A DNA stretch of 64,000 nucleotides, from positions 3,664,154 to 3,728,153 of the forward strand of contig JBNZDD010013678.1 of NCBI GenBank assembly GCA_050575255.1, given 5' to 3'. The first letter of the stretch is position 1, and every line of letters begins with the position of its first letter. Source of the DNA: Harriotta raleighana. Lineage: Eukaryota. Made by a program: the position numbers and the translations under genes. The notes under the pieces were generated by a model. The model worked only from the letters and a program-made list of their open reading frames with translations, did no database searches and was not told the DNA's origin. Shown piece after piece: positions 12,603 through 24,860 of this stretch.

Positions 12603-15600
12603 TGTTTTACTTCTTTACCTTCAATAGATTGTCGTGCCACCATGTGCTTCCTAGTTATTTGCTGCTTATTGCCCCATTTATTGTGATTTTTCTCTGCTGT
12701 CGGTATGGTTTTACTCTTGAGTGCGAATGATTTGGGCCATAGATGTTTCTTTGTTACCGTCATTGCTGCTTCACAGATGGTGCGAGTTACACTGAGCTAG
12801 TTCCCCTCGCTGGGAGAAGGAACTTTTGAACTTGGGTTCGACTCAAGGACCCTGGAGTTCATTCATGTTGTCGCAGTCTCGGCTCTCACACTACAGTTGA
12901 CAAATATGTCAATTCACTCTGATGCCTAGTTTTTGGTTCCAAAGCACATTGATTCCAAAGCAATTGTTTTACATTGATATTGCTCTACTATGTGGTGCTA
13001 GTAATATTATACTAACACCATTACTAAACAGAAATCACTGGGAAAAGCCCCTGAACATCTGACAAAAAGGTTGGAAACCAAATACTGATTTTGGTTCATC
13101 ATTTATTTGTGAATCTTTTGCTGAATCATAAACCGCACATCACAATTAGTGCAGTCCAGTTTGCAGATGCTGCCAATTACGATCGCTAATTATGATATTA
13201 TTACACCATGATTAGTAACTTGTTTCTTGCCTCATTGAAAAAAGCTTCCACTAACTCAAAACAGTTTCCAGTTAGACAAGTCATTTGCTGAGGGCAAAGA
13301 GTTAAAAATCAGTTTGAAATTTCACGAAAACACAAGAGAAATATCCTCTTTTTGGCCCACTAAGCAAACACAAGAAACATCTGGACCCCAAACTGTGCAG
13401 ACATCATGCGCTGTGCTGCATCACCAGTGTCTGCGTGTGTTTGTGTGTTATTGTGTAAAGGACCTGTCAAGGGAACAATTCCAGGCAAAATCGTTTCACC
13501 AAAATAGTTCTGTGAACACTTTCGGATAAGTTTTCCTTAAAAATCAGAAACGAGTAGCAACCACCAAGTCTGTAGATAATTCACTGATCATCAATTCCTA
13601 TTGTTTATACGTTAGCTGCGTTCGGTTTACAGTGATCTAGAATAGGAGAAATAGTCCCAGCAGGAGAGCAAATCCCAATGGATAAAACATGTTCTGTGAT
13701 GTGGGAAATGGATCAGCAAGGGGGATCGGAAAGATTAACAACAAACTCTCAAGGGTTGTGGTTAATTTTCCCCAATCGACACACCTTAGCAAGACAATAT
13801 GTTGACTCACGGGGGAAAGCAAATGGATATAAAAAAAGCATACCAGCATTGATGTAAATTGAAGTAGTGCCTTTGTGTGTGTTTCAATGTGCCATTTCTC
13901 TGAGGGTAAAGATTGATGTGATCATAAGCTTATTTTGTGGTGATGCTGCCCTGACATTCTGCTTCTTTTCATTGAGATGGAAAAACAACTGTTATCTCAG
14001 TGAGAATCTGAATGGTCCTCTCAACAAATGTCCTTTCAAGCCTTGACAGGGAGGTAGATAGGGCTGCTTAGGGCTGACCAGACTTTGAGGAACCTTATCT
14101 GACAAAGCCGGGCAGTTCTTCAATAATCCAAGGCAATTTTGGACAGCTAATAATAATAGTAACAATAATAATTATAATCCTAATCCTTAGACATATCCTG
14201 AACCCTAAAGCTTTAAAGGGTGTAATGATCCTATCTGACATGCTGTTTGGTTAACAAATTAATTTGGATATCTTAAAGTAGATGTGATAAAATATTGTTT
14301 TGTTTGGTTCACTAAAATATAGAATGGGGTGGGGGTGGAGCAATGGATTAAATGGATTTACAACTTTCTAAGTGAGTCTTAATTCCCAATTGGCTGCTGT
14401 AATAATAATAAAACTGCAATGAGCAGAGTACTCAATTTCTTCTGTGATTGTGAAAGTTGGCTAAACAGCAACAGGGGGATAAGCTGGCTATGTAAGCCTG
14501 CAGTGTTTCTAAACCCCAATCAGCCCATTACATATCGAGTCAGTGAAGGGAGAGGTGGGTGGAGGCCATCTCCAAACTACTCTATTGCCAATGGTTTACC
14601 GAACCCAGCAAAAGCAAGAGCCACAAAAGGATGTGACCCAGGCATGACACGGTATGTGGTTTCCTGTCCTTGGCCTCCGCTCTGTGTCTCTCTGTGTTGA
14701 CTGAGTCTGTCAGTGAAGACAAAACAGATCATGAGCATGTGCTTGAGGAATCCACTTTAACTCTACCTCCATTGTCTATTCACCACAATGTTTTCCTTCG
14801 ATGATGTAATGAAAATGAAATGTTCTCGTTTCTGGCATTTTTTTTCCTTTGAACTGGAATTATTATCGTGAATTTTCCAATCAACCAGTTCAGCTTTAAA
14901 TAACATGCCAAGTGATATAGGGATAAGGTACCAATTACAGTACATATATAAATCTGACCCATATATAATAATAATTATTATATATATACATATATGGACA
15001 GCATCCATTCGTGATCTGATCTACAAGCTATTGATTGACAATAAATAAGGTGGAATCTAATCACCGTAGGACCGTGATGTGAAAATGTCAAGTAACTCAA
15101 GTTGTAACAGGCATTCTATACATAGCTTCTTCGCTTTGTGAAAATATTTTCTTTATTTAAACTGTGTTGCACAAGACTGGCTACCTGCATGGAAATGCCA
15201 ATGGGGGTAGCAGGAAGCAACCAACTTTCTAGCCAAAGGCAGTCTTGTCACGAGTCGGATTACACTCCAATATTTACCATCAGAGGGTCCACATTTTCAG
15301 ACATAAAACATCTTAAACAATCAATTTAAATTTTTTTTTAAATCTGAATTTCAAGTGGTAAATCAGGCTTGTAGATTTATTTTCCTGAAGGTAGTATTTT
15401 ACTCCTATTTATTGAAATATTGCCATACATTGCATTTTATTTCCATTCGATCCGCTTTGTATGAACCATCCAAAACTTGCGCAAAGTACAATTTTGTTAT
15501 TTTGCTGTGAGCACAATGCAGCTCTCACCTAAATAAATAAATACCGGTGAAATATGGAAATAATTGCATATTCCTGTGCGATTGCAATCATTATACTGTA

Positions 15601-16312
15601 GCATATTATTAACCTGTCATTTACTCTCAGCCCTGAATCATGCTTCAAGTTTAAGTTTGACTTCAACAAGAACCTCCTCAGTTAACACAGCTTTATGTTT
15701 GGACAGTTTAGGTAATATTGACAGGGAAACTTTCCATCAGACCTCGACCATAAAAAGTGCATTTCACTACTTCAAAGAGTTATGACTGAAGTAGTCTAAA
15801 GGCATTATTTATTACCTGAACTTTACAATGAGCCATTATTAATCTTTACCTGACACTAAACTATGTTAATATATGACCACACAGAATCAAAGGCAGAGTC
15901 CCACAACGGTTTATCTGACAAAGCAGGTTTTCCTGTCAGTTATGTTTTTTTTTGCTGACTGTAAATAATAAAAAAAAGGGCTGATAGGTAGGCTGTCTAT
16001 ATTTTCACGTTAAAAATTAGCACTTAAACATATAAACAATACAACCACTGGAAAAGCCGAAGTTAGAAAATACAATGTTACCAAAGAAATCTCACCTTCC
16101 CCGCCCAAGTGGGATAAAAGTCTATTTTAAAAACATCAAAGAAAGGTAGGGACTCCAGCCACAACGGAAAGAATTTAACGCTGTAAAATCTCAGTGTAAA
16201 CATTCACATTTCAAAGGGATTAAGTCCAGTGGACCAAATTAAACCACTTCCAGCGAGTGAGAACAGCCTGGCACTTGTTAACAGTGTATTGCTGTAAGGT
16301 AAGCAGCAGGGG

Positions 16313-16348
16313 GCTTCTCAGTATCAGGCAGCTTCTCAGTATCAGGCA
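16313..16348. repeat. Perfect 18-bp tandem duplication
   Basis: gcttctcagtatcaggca x2. Confidence 0.9.
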
Positions 16349-16576
16349 AGGGTTCAAACTCTTCTTTTCATTTCAGAATGATCTTGACAGCCCCATGGAT
16401 ATATGCAATGCAACCTCTTTTGTGACGGAGACTGCAGCTTTAGTGAGTAAGATAGGTAACTCCCAGCAATCTCTACAACTTTTTTGTTAATATAATGTAT
16501 GGAACTAAAGGCCCTGAAATTCTGGCGGATTTATTCTAACAGAGATAGAATTTTTATGTTAAAATAGTGAAAAGGT

Positions 16577-16660
16577 TTAATAATAATCCTCGCGCCTTAT
16601 CATGTTTTCGAGACGTCTGAAAGCACTTCACGGAATAGACTTGTAATGTGGACCCTGATC
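16577..16660 (-). mobile_element. SINE 3' tail fragment
   Basis: taataataatcctc...gagacgtctgaaagcacttcacggaata. Confidence 0.65.
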
Positions 16661-16817
16661 ATTTGTGGCATGTGAGTGACTGGAAGTTGTTGTGATGTAG
16701 GTCATTGCTACTGTTAGTTCTGAATATGAATCCAAATGATTTTATCCACACGCAGCTCCTTCTTGTCAGCCATTGTCACGTCAGACAGCAGCACAACTAA
16801 TATTGAGAGGAAGGAGG

Positions 16818-16962
16818 ATAATAATAATATTGATAATCATAATCCAGAATTTACTGTAAAGTGAATTAATCGTATATTTGTGGACGAAACGCGTTGGCCA
16901 AATGCGCACACCAACGTCCCACAAACAGTCGTGGATTGTAATGACCAATTTTTTTTAGGGAT
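16818..16962 (-). mobile_element. SINE fragment with internal deletion
   Basis: aatcc joins directly to agaatttactgtaaagtgaatt...cccacaaacagtcgtggattg. Confidence 0.8.
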
Positions 16963-18176
16963 TCTGATTGTATGCAGTGGAAGGTTAGGCAGCGGAGACA
17001 GAGAGGGAATGTATCACTCCAGGATACAATATATAAAGCATAAGGCACTCCCAGGGCCTCTACTGTTTCAATGCCTTTTCCACCACTGTCAAATACATTG
17101 GCCACACAAGTTCTGCAAAGAGTCACACACGCAAAACACTTAGATAAAGGTACAGTGAAGGTTGGGAGGGATGTGAACATGAGGGTGCTTCAGAGGGGAG
17201 GATTTCAACTGATGAGATATCCCAGTAGTAATATATGGCTCTGTGATAATCTTGCAATGGTTTTGTATGTTTCAAGGCCCTTTTGCTCTCCGAGAGATTT
17301 TAACTTTGAATTTCGATTTCAACCCTGTGTGTGAGCTGGTGGAATTTCCACATCTCAGCATAGCTGAGCACTCAGTAAAGGTGTAATCGCAACCTAATGG
17401 ACGGAGTCCTGCGAGGTGGAAGGTCCCCCTCCACTGAAGAAGGATTGTGTGGGTGTGCGGGCAATTAATGGAATAGTGACGGGAAAATAACAAAACATAA
17501 AGGCTTCGAGCTAAAAAGCCCACTCAGTCAATTAAAACATTGAGGCTGAAGAAAGCCTCTCAAACGACTGATACGAGTCATTTATCAAACCAAAAGGATG
17601 TGTTTATCATTAACGTTCCGTAATGATAAATCACTACGTCAACAGCTAGCATGTCAGTATAGTGTGGTATGTCTTCATCTTTGGGAAGTTGAAGGAATTG
17701 ATGGTACAGGTGGCCAGTTGAGTGAATGCAGTAGGTTACCAAATACATATGGGATATAAATGACTAGGAGTGCGCTAAGCTTGAGCAGTTTATGAATGCC
17801 AGCCGAACCCTGCGATTGAAATACTGCCTGAAAATCGCTGCCAGACATTTATTATTCCGTTTAATATATACCTTTTAATGATATGTGGCAGACTCACTGT
17901 GCAAGGAGGAGATAGTCTGATAGCATATAGAGAGAGCAGAGTAATAAAGATGATCATTATGGAGGTGCTGACAATATATTGACATCACGTGGCTAATCTG
18001 ATGTAGAAGCAATTTTGTTTTCTCTGGCAGATTACAGGGAAATAATACCATAATTATTTCACATTAACGCACATCTCCCAGTATTTCGATGTTACTCAGT
18101 TGAATGATAGCTGATAAGAATTTCTCAATCGTATAGCAAGACTATTCCAGACTAAAAGGTAATTGTTCTTTGCTTA

Positions 18177-18522
18177 AATAATAATAATAATAATAATAAT
18201 AATCCTTGCATTTGATATAGCGCTTTTCACATTTTATCAACGTCCCAAAGCGCTTCACAGAATATACTGTAAAGTGAATTGACTGTATATTTGTGGGCGG
18301 AACGCGGCAGCCAATTGCGCACAGCAGTGTCCCACAAACAGTCGTGGATTGAAAATGACCAATTTTATTATTATGGTTTTTTTTGGAGGGATTATTATTA
18401 GGCATGTGATGTAAGGAAACTTGCCCAAGGTTTCGCCCTGATCTGCCTGGATTCGAACACAGGTCTCATGCTTGTAAGGCATGTAAGGCGAGTGCTCCAA
18501 CCACTGAGCCACAGGAGCTCCA
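18177..18522 (-). mobile_element. Full-length tRNA-derived SINE
   Basis: A box (tggctcagtggttgg) and B box (gttcgaatcc) on the minus strand, full body, (TTA)n tail. Confidence 0.92.
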
Positions 18523-18786
18523 AAATGGATTGTATGGACAGAGGGCGGGAGAAATAGAAATAGTATGTTATTGCTTGAACATGTGTCTACAGATGATTAA
18601 CTGATCCACTGAGAGGTATGACCCCTCTTAATGTGAAGAAACTTGGAAACAACTGCTTCTAGCACTTTGGCTTATGAAGTTCCAGATTCTACCTGTCATA
18701 GACTGTGTTCTCAGTCTGCGAATAACTCTTAACTTTAAAATCAGTATCAGACAATGAGACTGGCCTTTCTTTATCAATAGTGATAA

Positions 18787-18890
18787 TCCCCTCCCAACTC
18801 GCTCCCTCCCCTCCCTTCTGACTATTCAGCGCCTTGGGACGTCCTCCTGACGTGAAGGGTGCTCTATAAATGTAATTTTGTTGTTGTTGT
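18787..18890 (+). mobile_element. L2 LINE 3' end
   Basis: C-rich UTR, cagcgccttgggacgtcctcctgacgtgaagg, (GTT)n tail abutting an antisense SINE tail. Confidence 0.85.
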
Positions 18891-19015
18891 TAATAATAAT
18901 CGTTGCATTTGATATAGCAGTTTATCATATCTTTGAGAGTTTCAAAGCGCTTCACAGAATATACTGTAAAGTTAATGTACCATTAATGTTACTGTACATT
19001 TTGTGGGTGAAATGT
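18891..19015 (-). mobile_element. SINE 3' fragment
   Basis: taataataatcgttgcatttgatatagc...cttcacagaatatactgtaaag. Confidence 0.8.
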
Positions 19016-19421
19016 ACAGTAAGAATCAATAGGATAAAGTTTAGGGCTGCATTTCTCAGAAATCTTTCCTGGTACTGTATCTACTATTACATAGACAAGG
19101 CTTTATTTAATAACAACCTGGCAACATTAGAAAACTGTGTAAGTGTACGAAAAAAACATTTGTCTATCAACACAGTGTGTGCTGTTTGTAAAAACTGCTT
19201 GAAATTAGCCATAAGCTAATTACCTTTAGTATAATATAGGTTTGTTGAATAATAATTACTATACAATTCATTACTATAGAGAATAAGAAGAATTAATTTG
19301 GATTAAGAAGTGAATGTAATCCAGGAAATCTGGGAGAAAGACTCCACGTTTCTTTGAAATAGCAATGGCAGAGCTGCCTCTATACATTCACCTGAATCAC
19401 AAATCAGACAGCAAACATCTC

Positions 19422-19650
19422 AATGATAATAATAATAATAATCCTTGCATTTGACATAGCGCTTTTTACATCTTCTAAGATGTCTCAAAGCGCTTTACAG
19501 AATAAAGTGAATTGCCTGTATAATATCGTTTTTTGTGGGCAAAACATGGCAGCCAATTGCACACAGCAGCATCCCACAAATAGTGGTTGATTGAACTGAC
19601 CAATTTTTTTTTAGGGATTATTATTAGGCGTGTGGAGTAAGGAAACTTAC
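19422..19650 (-). mobile_element. SINE, 5'-truncated
   Basis: Tail through ggcgtgtggagtaaggaaactt. Confidence 0.88.
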
Positions 19651-21097
19651 TTATGATGTGATAACATGCTATTTCAAATGTAAATTTATTGTGGTTATTA
19701 TTAATCCCAAATTAATAACCAAAATAAAGAACGGGACAATCATCTAGAAATAAACAATCAGCTGTTTTGAATGTTGTCACTTAAAACGTATTCACACACC
19801 AGACAGAGGCATCATCCAACCAAGTTTGCATTAATGCAACCACAAAAGACATTTTGCACAAATGGCTGTTTCCCCTTCAGTTTGTGTTTGGGGTAATCCA
19901 GTTTTGTTGTGAAAAAATTACACTTTGCGAATGCCTTTACTTTCAGTTAACACCCAGCTCTGTTTCCTTCTTTCAGTCCTTCCGTGTGGCATTGTGAAGA
20001 AAAATGTCTCATCTCTGTAAAGGAAATACCCCTGTGAACCCATTTCCTGACAGACTTGCTAGGACTGAAGATATTTTGTTCGAGTGAAAATGTAGGGCGA
20101 GTTCTGCTGGACATATAGCTGAGTGTGTGCTATCAGGCTTGAAGCATAGAGGGCACCTCTGATACATGCATTATCTCCAGCAGTGAAAAGCTTTCAAACT
20201 GCAATATGACATAATTGAATATATTTTCCGACATCATCCATTTTCAAGGGTCTATCGAACTTTGCCATTTGCCTACCTGCCCTTTTGCTGATTAAGTAAA
20301 CCAATTATAAATACACAACACACATGTATTAAAATGCTTAAACCTTTACCGTATTTGCATCCAATTGTGAACCCTTGTACAATGCATCTTAGAATAGATC
20401 ATCCTGTCCTGATGGAGTCCAGCCACAGTCATATTGTCAGATAGACAGTTCACTAGCAAAGGTATACATTTGATTCCGGTGAATGAATGACTAGACTTTC
20501 CGACCAAACTAGATCCCACAGATTTAGTTCAATCTTTAATTGCACCAGAACAGGAAAGAACTTGCAGAATATGTTGCAACCATCTATTCAGCATTTAACT
20601 CAAAGTTCTGACAATGTTTAAAAATGAATGTATTACTGTTCATCTCCCTCTTATAGCTATATATTAACCATTTCAAATTGATGCCTGTCCAGTGTTCCTG
20701 CTCAGTGTGTGTGGCCTTGGCCAAAGCTATTAACTAAAAGTAAAGGTAACCAGATTAAAGGCTTTTCAATTTAAGCACATTTGTTTAAGTGACATTATCG
20801 TCTGTTAATGTGATGTTGCACGATGATCTTCTGTGACCTGTGGCAATTAAACCTTGAACACAGGCCCCTTAGCTGCATAGCTGGCATTTTCATGTGTTGT
20901 ACGTATTTTTCAATTCAAAAGTAGACAGAAGGGAAAATCCTGTAAAAGATGTAATGATCCGACAGTAGTTGAAAGTTTGCAGTAACATTTTTTAAAAATC
21001 GGCTTCAAGTTATTTTAAAAAAAACTCCCTAAAAAGAGATTCTTTAAAAATAAATCAATCAGTAGATGTCAAATTTGTCAGGATTATTGTCATTTTA

Positions 21098-21198
21098 TAA
21101 TAATAATCCTTGCATTTGATATAATGCTTCATTGAGTCTTCGAGACGTCTCTAGGAGCTTCACAGAACATACTGTAAAGTGAATTGACTGTATATTTG
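21098..21198 (-). mobile_element. SINE 3' fragment
   Basis: aataatccttgcatttgatata...aaagtgaattgactgtatatttg. Confidence 0.85.
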
Positions 21199-21201
21199 CT
21201 G

Positions 21202-21470
21202 CAAGACACCTGGGTTCAATTTCAGTCAAGACGAAAACTTGGTCAAGTTTCCTTTCTCCGCAGGCCTAACAGTAATCCCTCAAAATGAAACAATTGTAAA
21301 TTGGTCATTTCAATCTACGACTGTTTGTGGGGTGCTGCCGCGTTTAGCCCACACACATACAGTCAATTCACTTTACAGTATATATATTCTGTATACTCTG
21401 TGAAGCGCTTTGAGACGTCTAGAAAACGTGAAAAGCGCTATTTCAAATGCAAGGATGATTATTATTATTA
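21202..21470 (+). mobile_element. SINE lacking its A-box end
   Basis: cctgggttcaatt B box, body, aaatgcaaggatgattattattatta tail. Confidence 0.85.
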
Positions 21471-22583
21471 TGTGGGCGAGCGCTTTCGAATGTGACCATT
21501 ATAATGTCTGTATCTTTTCTACTTACTGTCGCATTTACTCCACTGACGAGTATGAATCCAGATTGTGTGATTCCATCCGATGCTTTCCTACCAAGCAAGA
21601 GACTGGAAAATATCTCATTCTTGTTGGATTTGCTCCCCCAAAAAGTAAACCAGAACAGGGAGAGTTCCTTTTACACTACCGTAAAAGAGCTTGAACTTTT
21701 ATGACAACTTTTATGGTGTTAGATTAATCCTGCTGCTTTGGATGAGAAAGCTGCAACGGAAATGGAGGCATTTACTTAGCAGGGACTTTAAGATAAATAG
21801 ACAGCAAAAGGCAGGCAATGTATTACTTTCATAGCAAGACATTTGTTTCCATAAATGTGCAGCAGTATGTTGTGTATGCAGTCTGTTTTTGATCAGAGTG
21901 TAAAATCTCACTCTGCCATTGCAAACAAACCCTATATATACATGGCATTCCAATGTTATCACCTTTCTCACCAGACACAGACTGTAGTCACCAATCATTA
22001 TTTGCTCCCAAAATTTGGTGGATAAACGTAAGCCTGTCTGCGGTAAACAAACAAACACTCATTGCAAATGCACAGAAAGTGCAATTGCAATTGAAACCAC
22101 CCTATACCTTGGCTTAGTTGCCTGCACATTTGACACAGAGGTGAAAGTTTATATTGAATTATATTACATCCATTTATCATATACAGTACACATAATCCTA
22201 TTAAAACCCTAAGCCAATGATGCCATTTTGCGTTGCCTGGTTAACATGGATAGTTAAATTCACGTCAGACCTATTAGTCCAAACTCCTAAAATGTTTACG
22301 TAGTACTTTGTCCACAGAATAAAACAAGGCATCAAATGGGACCCACATATCATTTGATGTTTAAAACAGTGTGTTTAAAGGAACAGAAACCTGCCAATGT
22401 TAACATTGGGCCATCAGTGTGGGAATGCATCAATTCACTGTTGTGTTAAACTTACCAACATGTTTTGTTTGGTAGACATTCTGGCTGCTGCTGTAATAGT
22501 AACAATAATAACAATAATAATCTTTGTATTAATAGTAATGAATAATAATGCATTAATAATAAAAAAATTGCATCAATAATAAT

Positions 22584-22807
22584 CCACCATTGGTGGGCTG
22601 GCCTTTAGCCACTCAGCCCCATCCTCTGTAACTCCATTCCACAATCCCACCGTCTCAGCCCATTCCTTACTCCTTCAAGACCTATCTCAAGGTCCTCTTC
22701 TTCGAACTTGCTTCCAATCAATCTACTTCTCCACCTGCTTTGGTATGTCCTCACAACATGAATTGCGCTCTACAAATGTAATTTTGTTGTTGTTATTGTT
22801 GTTGTTG
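22584..22807 (+). mobile_element. L2 LINE 3' fragment
   Basis: Degenerate ORF2 end (ggcctttagcc...ctctgtaactcc...tccttcaagacc) and (GTT)n tail. Confidence 0.8.
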
Positions 22808-22938
22808 CCCTCCATCCTCCCCAATCCCGACCCCCAGCTCGGATCCAAAATACTGTCTGTCCAGTGTCTTGGAACATCCTCCTGACATGAAAGGCACCAT
22901 ACAATGATACAAATGTAATTTTGTTGTTGTTGTTGTTG
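22808..22938 (+). mobile_element. Second L2 3' end in tandem with the first
   Basis: C-rich UTR, gtccagtgtcttggaacatcctcctgacatgaaagg, (GTT)n tail. Confidence 0.85.
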
Positions 22939-24089
22939 CATTTGACGTAGCGCCTTATCATGGCCTCTGTAAAGAGCGACTCGTGCATATGATGCATTTG
23001 AATTCAGAGCAGCTGCAAACCAGAGGTACAAAAAACAAACTGGTAGGTGTTTCCCAAACGGGGAAAGCACTTAATAAATAGTCCAGTAGAAAGAAGCACA
23101 AGATGGAGGTGGGTGAAATGAATATGTCATAGTGATAATCAATTTTTCTTGGGGTTAATCCTAGCAATGAAATCACAGTTGAAGTGGATGGATTGGAAGG
23201 ATACCTTACAGATGTTACTATAAAAATGGTGCCAGGCAAACCACACAGTGTAGGAATGTCAGAGCCAGCTATTAAAGACTGTGCCACTTCAGTAGGCAAG
23301 CCCTTTTCTGTACTGACTTGCAGTAACACTCCATTTTGTGTTAAAGATACAGAGCGTGTGTGTAAAAAAAAGGGTAGGAAAATTACAGCAGGAAAAGCTG
23401 CCTTCACATCCAGCAAAGTCTGGCTATGGTGTCTTTCAGGTTTCTCATATCAACAAATAAAAAGCTCTCAGCATTCTCTCACACCAATTAGAGCCCCTTT
23501 ATCCTGACTGGAATTGATGTGTGTGCCTCTTTGGTCACACTGCTAATAGTAAGCTGTCAATTGGAAATAAATAAGAGGGTTATTTTGTATTATTTTTGAT
23601 TCAATCGTGATATCTTGAAATTATCGGCACTGTTGTGTAAAGCCTTGCTGTCAGTATTTTACCCGCAGGCTTCAAAACAACAGACACCTATTTGAGGGGT
23701 TGCAGCGAGGAGTCGCGAGGATTCAGACATGTAGCGGTTTGGTACATTTGCACACGCAAAAAAAGAATTAAGAAAACTGAGATTTCAAGTGCAGAATCTA
23801 GCACTGGGAACATTTACACTGAGCTTCGAGCCTCGTGACTGTGCAGATTGGCACAGTGTTTGTTTGGCTTTTCAAATAATGGCTTTGTCAACATGTTCCT
23901 ACCGATCAGAAACAGGGGAAATGGAGGATAATGAAACGCGGAAAGAGAAATATTACGTTTTAAATTAATCAAATGCCGTACCTGTCTCACATTATGCTGG
24001 GAGGTCGAGGGGAAGGTGAGTATGATTCCTGGGGCACTCCCTTCACTTTGTCACTGACCCTTTATATTCCTAACATGCGTTGCAAAATA

Positions 24090-24860
24090 CATCTCCATTA
24101 TTAGATTGAGTTACATTTAATTAAGAATCCTAGTGATGCCTGTCACACAGGGTCAGAAAGCTTCTCCTGATAAATGTAATAATTCTAGAGTGTGTTGCTT
24201 TAATCTGCTGTCTATTTACTCATCCAGCAGCAATTAACTTTCATTACATTATTTTGTGTGATTACATTCTTAATTGCTTGAATTAAGCATCCATTTGATA
24301 TTTATTAATAACCGTACTCTAAAACCAAGCACTGTGAAAATATAAATTGTTCACAATTTCCATATCAGTAATTACATGCAAAAGCTTAAATGTAAATTAT
24401 TTTGCATCTGAACAGAGCAGCGATTTCACAGATATAAAAACACTCTTGTCATTTACTGATGCTGTGCCATTCATTAATTGTTATAGGAATAAGAGCGGAC
24501 ATTGGAAACAGATTGTATCACTCATTTCATTGGTATCATATCCAGTTTACAATATAATTAATTCCTCCACCTTCTCACAATGTAGAATAAATTAGTCGGC
24601 CTGCATTCTATAGCACACTGTCCAAACCTTTTGCAAAGGATATATATCGTTCGTCTGCTTTGCATATATTCTCTAGCTGCACATATGCAAAGTCACTCAA
24701 CTGTGTGTTTCTGTGGCACAATCTTGATCGCGTCGTAATGCATTTTAAAAGCCGCAGATTGCTTGAGAAATTAAATTCAAAAAATTCGGGGAAATTGAAT
24801 GCGTTTTGGTATGTTGCATGGATCCATATTGTATGTTGGAAAATAATGTAAGGCTGGCAT
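24090..24860. promoter_or_regulatory. Candidate conserved non-coding element / enhancer block
   Basis: Repeat-free, dense TAAT/TAATTA motifs, retained CpGs (gatcgcgtcg 24726-24735); conservation not tested. Confidence 0.35.

Noticed and set aside
18142-18512. Recurrent similar ORFs (e.g. QSTTVCG..LCAIGCRV, KRFETSRRCEKRYIKCKDYYY) as a gene family
   Set aside because: They are translations of the same SINE at 12.4, 18.2, 21.3, 29.6, 30.7, 39.2, 43.7 and 60.5 kb, with inconsistent frames and stops
21527-21587. Minus-strand exon ending at a GTAAGT donor
   Set aside because: Weak acceptor and unrecognisable peptides
22958-23507. Overlapping 152-aa and 107-aa ORFs
   Set aside because: No recognisable domain or convincing splice signals; the minus-strand ORF has a non-ATG start and ends in repeat sequence
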